From: Candidatus Falkowbacteria bacterium
GTDB taxonomy: Bacteria; Patescibacteriota; Patescibacteriia; Patescibacteriales; UBA12465
Direction: 5' to 3'
NCBI GenBank assembly: GCA_037134915.1
Contig: JBAXLJ010000002.1
Location: 128,935-192,934, forward strand
Length of the DNA: 64,000 nucleotides
In this document: positions 63,874 through 64,000 of the stretch, piece by piece
How the letters are laid out: each line of letters begins with the position of its first letter
Position numbering within the stretch: position 1 is the first letter of the stretch
Made by a program: the position numbers and the translations under genes
The notes under the pieces: model-generated
The model's database searches: none
What the model was told of the DNA's origin: nothing
Seen by the model: only the letters and a program-made list of their open reading frames with translations

Positions 63874-64000
63874 ATCACCTTGATAAATATTAAGTGCATT
63901 GCTTTAAATGCGCTTTTTATTTATGAAGAAAAAAAAATGTCTGGCGTATTATATAGGTAAAGATAAATAATTTAAATAAAAATAATCAAAATGAACAAGA

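Noticed and set aside
1-64000. Looked for a CRISPR array, meaning regularly spaced direct repeats of 25-40 nt
   Set aside because: I saw no such periodic repeat structure anywhere. The only tandem repeats are the coding GGTPPD units at 63781-63855 and the low-complexity Lys codon runs in rpoD.
1-64000. Looked for an alternative genetic code (UGA reassigned, as in some CPR lineages)
   Set aside because: Long conserved genes (fusA, tuf, secY, dnaG, rpoD) are uninterrupted under the standard code. TGA also closes ORFs at sensible ends, for example at 1439-1441, 40646-40648 and 28365-28367.

Overview
This window looks like a small, A/T-rich, streamlined bacterial genome of the Patescibacteria/CPR type. 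The evidence is that ribosomal protein L30 is absent between rpsE and rplO, many ribosomal proteins carry extensions, a DUF5671-type membrane protein is present, and core genes almost never have a Shine-Dalgarno (SD) motif. Bases 1-32100 are conserved core, almost all on the + strand. They hold comEC, rpmB, an M50 protease, and the str-S10-spc block (rpsL, rpsG, fusA, tuf, rpsJ through rplO, secY). After that come map, ruvX, recO, aspS, scpA/scpB, a D-Ala-D-Ala carboxypeptidase, dnaG and rpoD. A tRNA-Asn(GTT) at 32205-32279 marks the start of a visibly more A/T-rich island of about 12 kb (to about 44.7 kb). The island carries an S51 peptidase and a Sau3AI/MutH-like endonuclease with a C5 cytosine methyltransferase. 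It also carries a translationally coupled gene pair, a truncated and frameshifted serine-recombinase remnant, and a three-gene operon containing a membrane-anchored NERD nuclease-domain protein. The coupled pair is the most interesting item: a 1567-aa protein (Cap4/DUF4297-like nuclease, then P-loop STAND NTPase, then a long helical region) and a 498-aa protein of unknown function. It is a candidate NLR/Avs-like defence system with an undescribed partner. From 44.7 to 64 kb the window holds accessory genes. These include orphan genes that unusually do have canonical SD sites, a DUF2779 nuclease, a TPM protein and an AbrB-HlyD-MFS efflux operon. They also include gpx, an FAD protein with flavodoxin, a TrmH methyltransferase, malic enzyme, and an ECF sigma factor with a membrane partner and small secreted proteins. 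I saw no rRNA and no CRISPR array. All functional calls come from motif recognition by eye, not from database searches.
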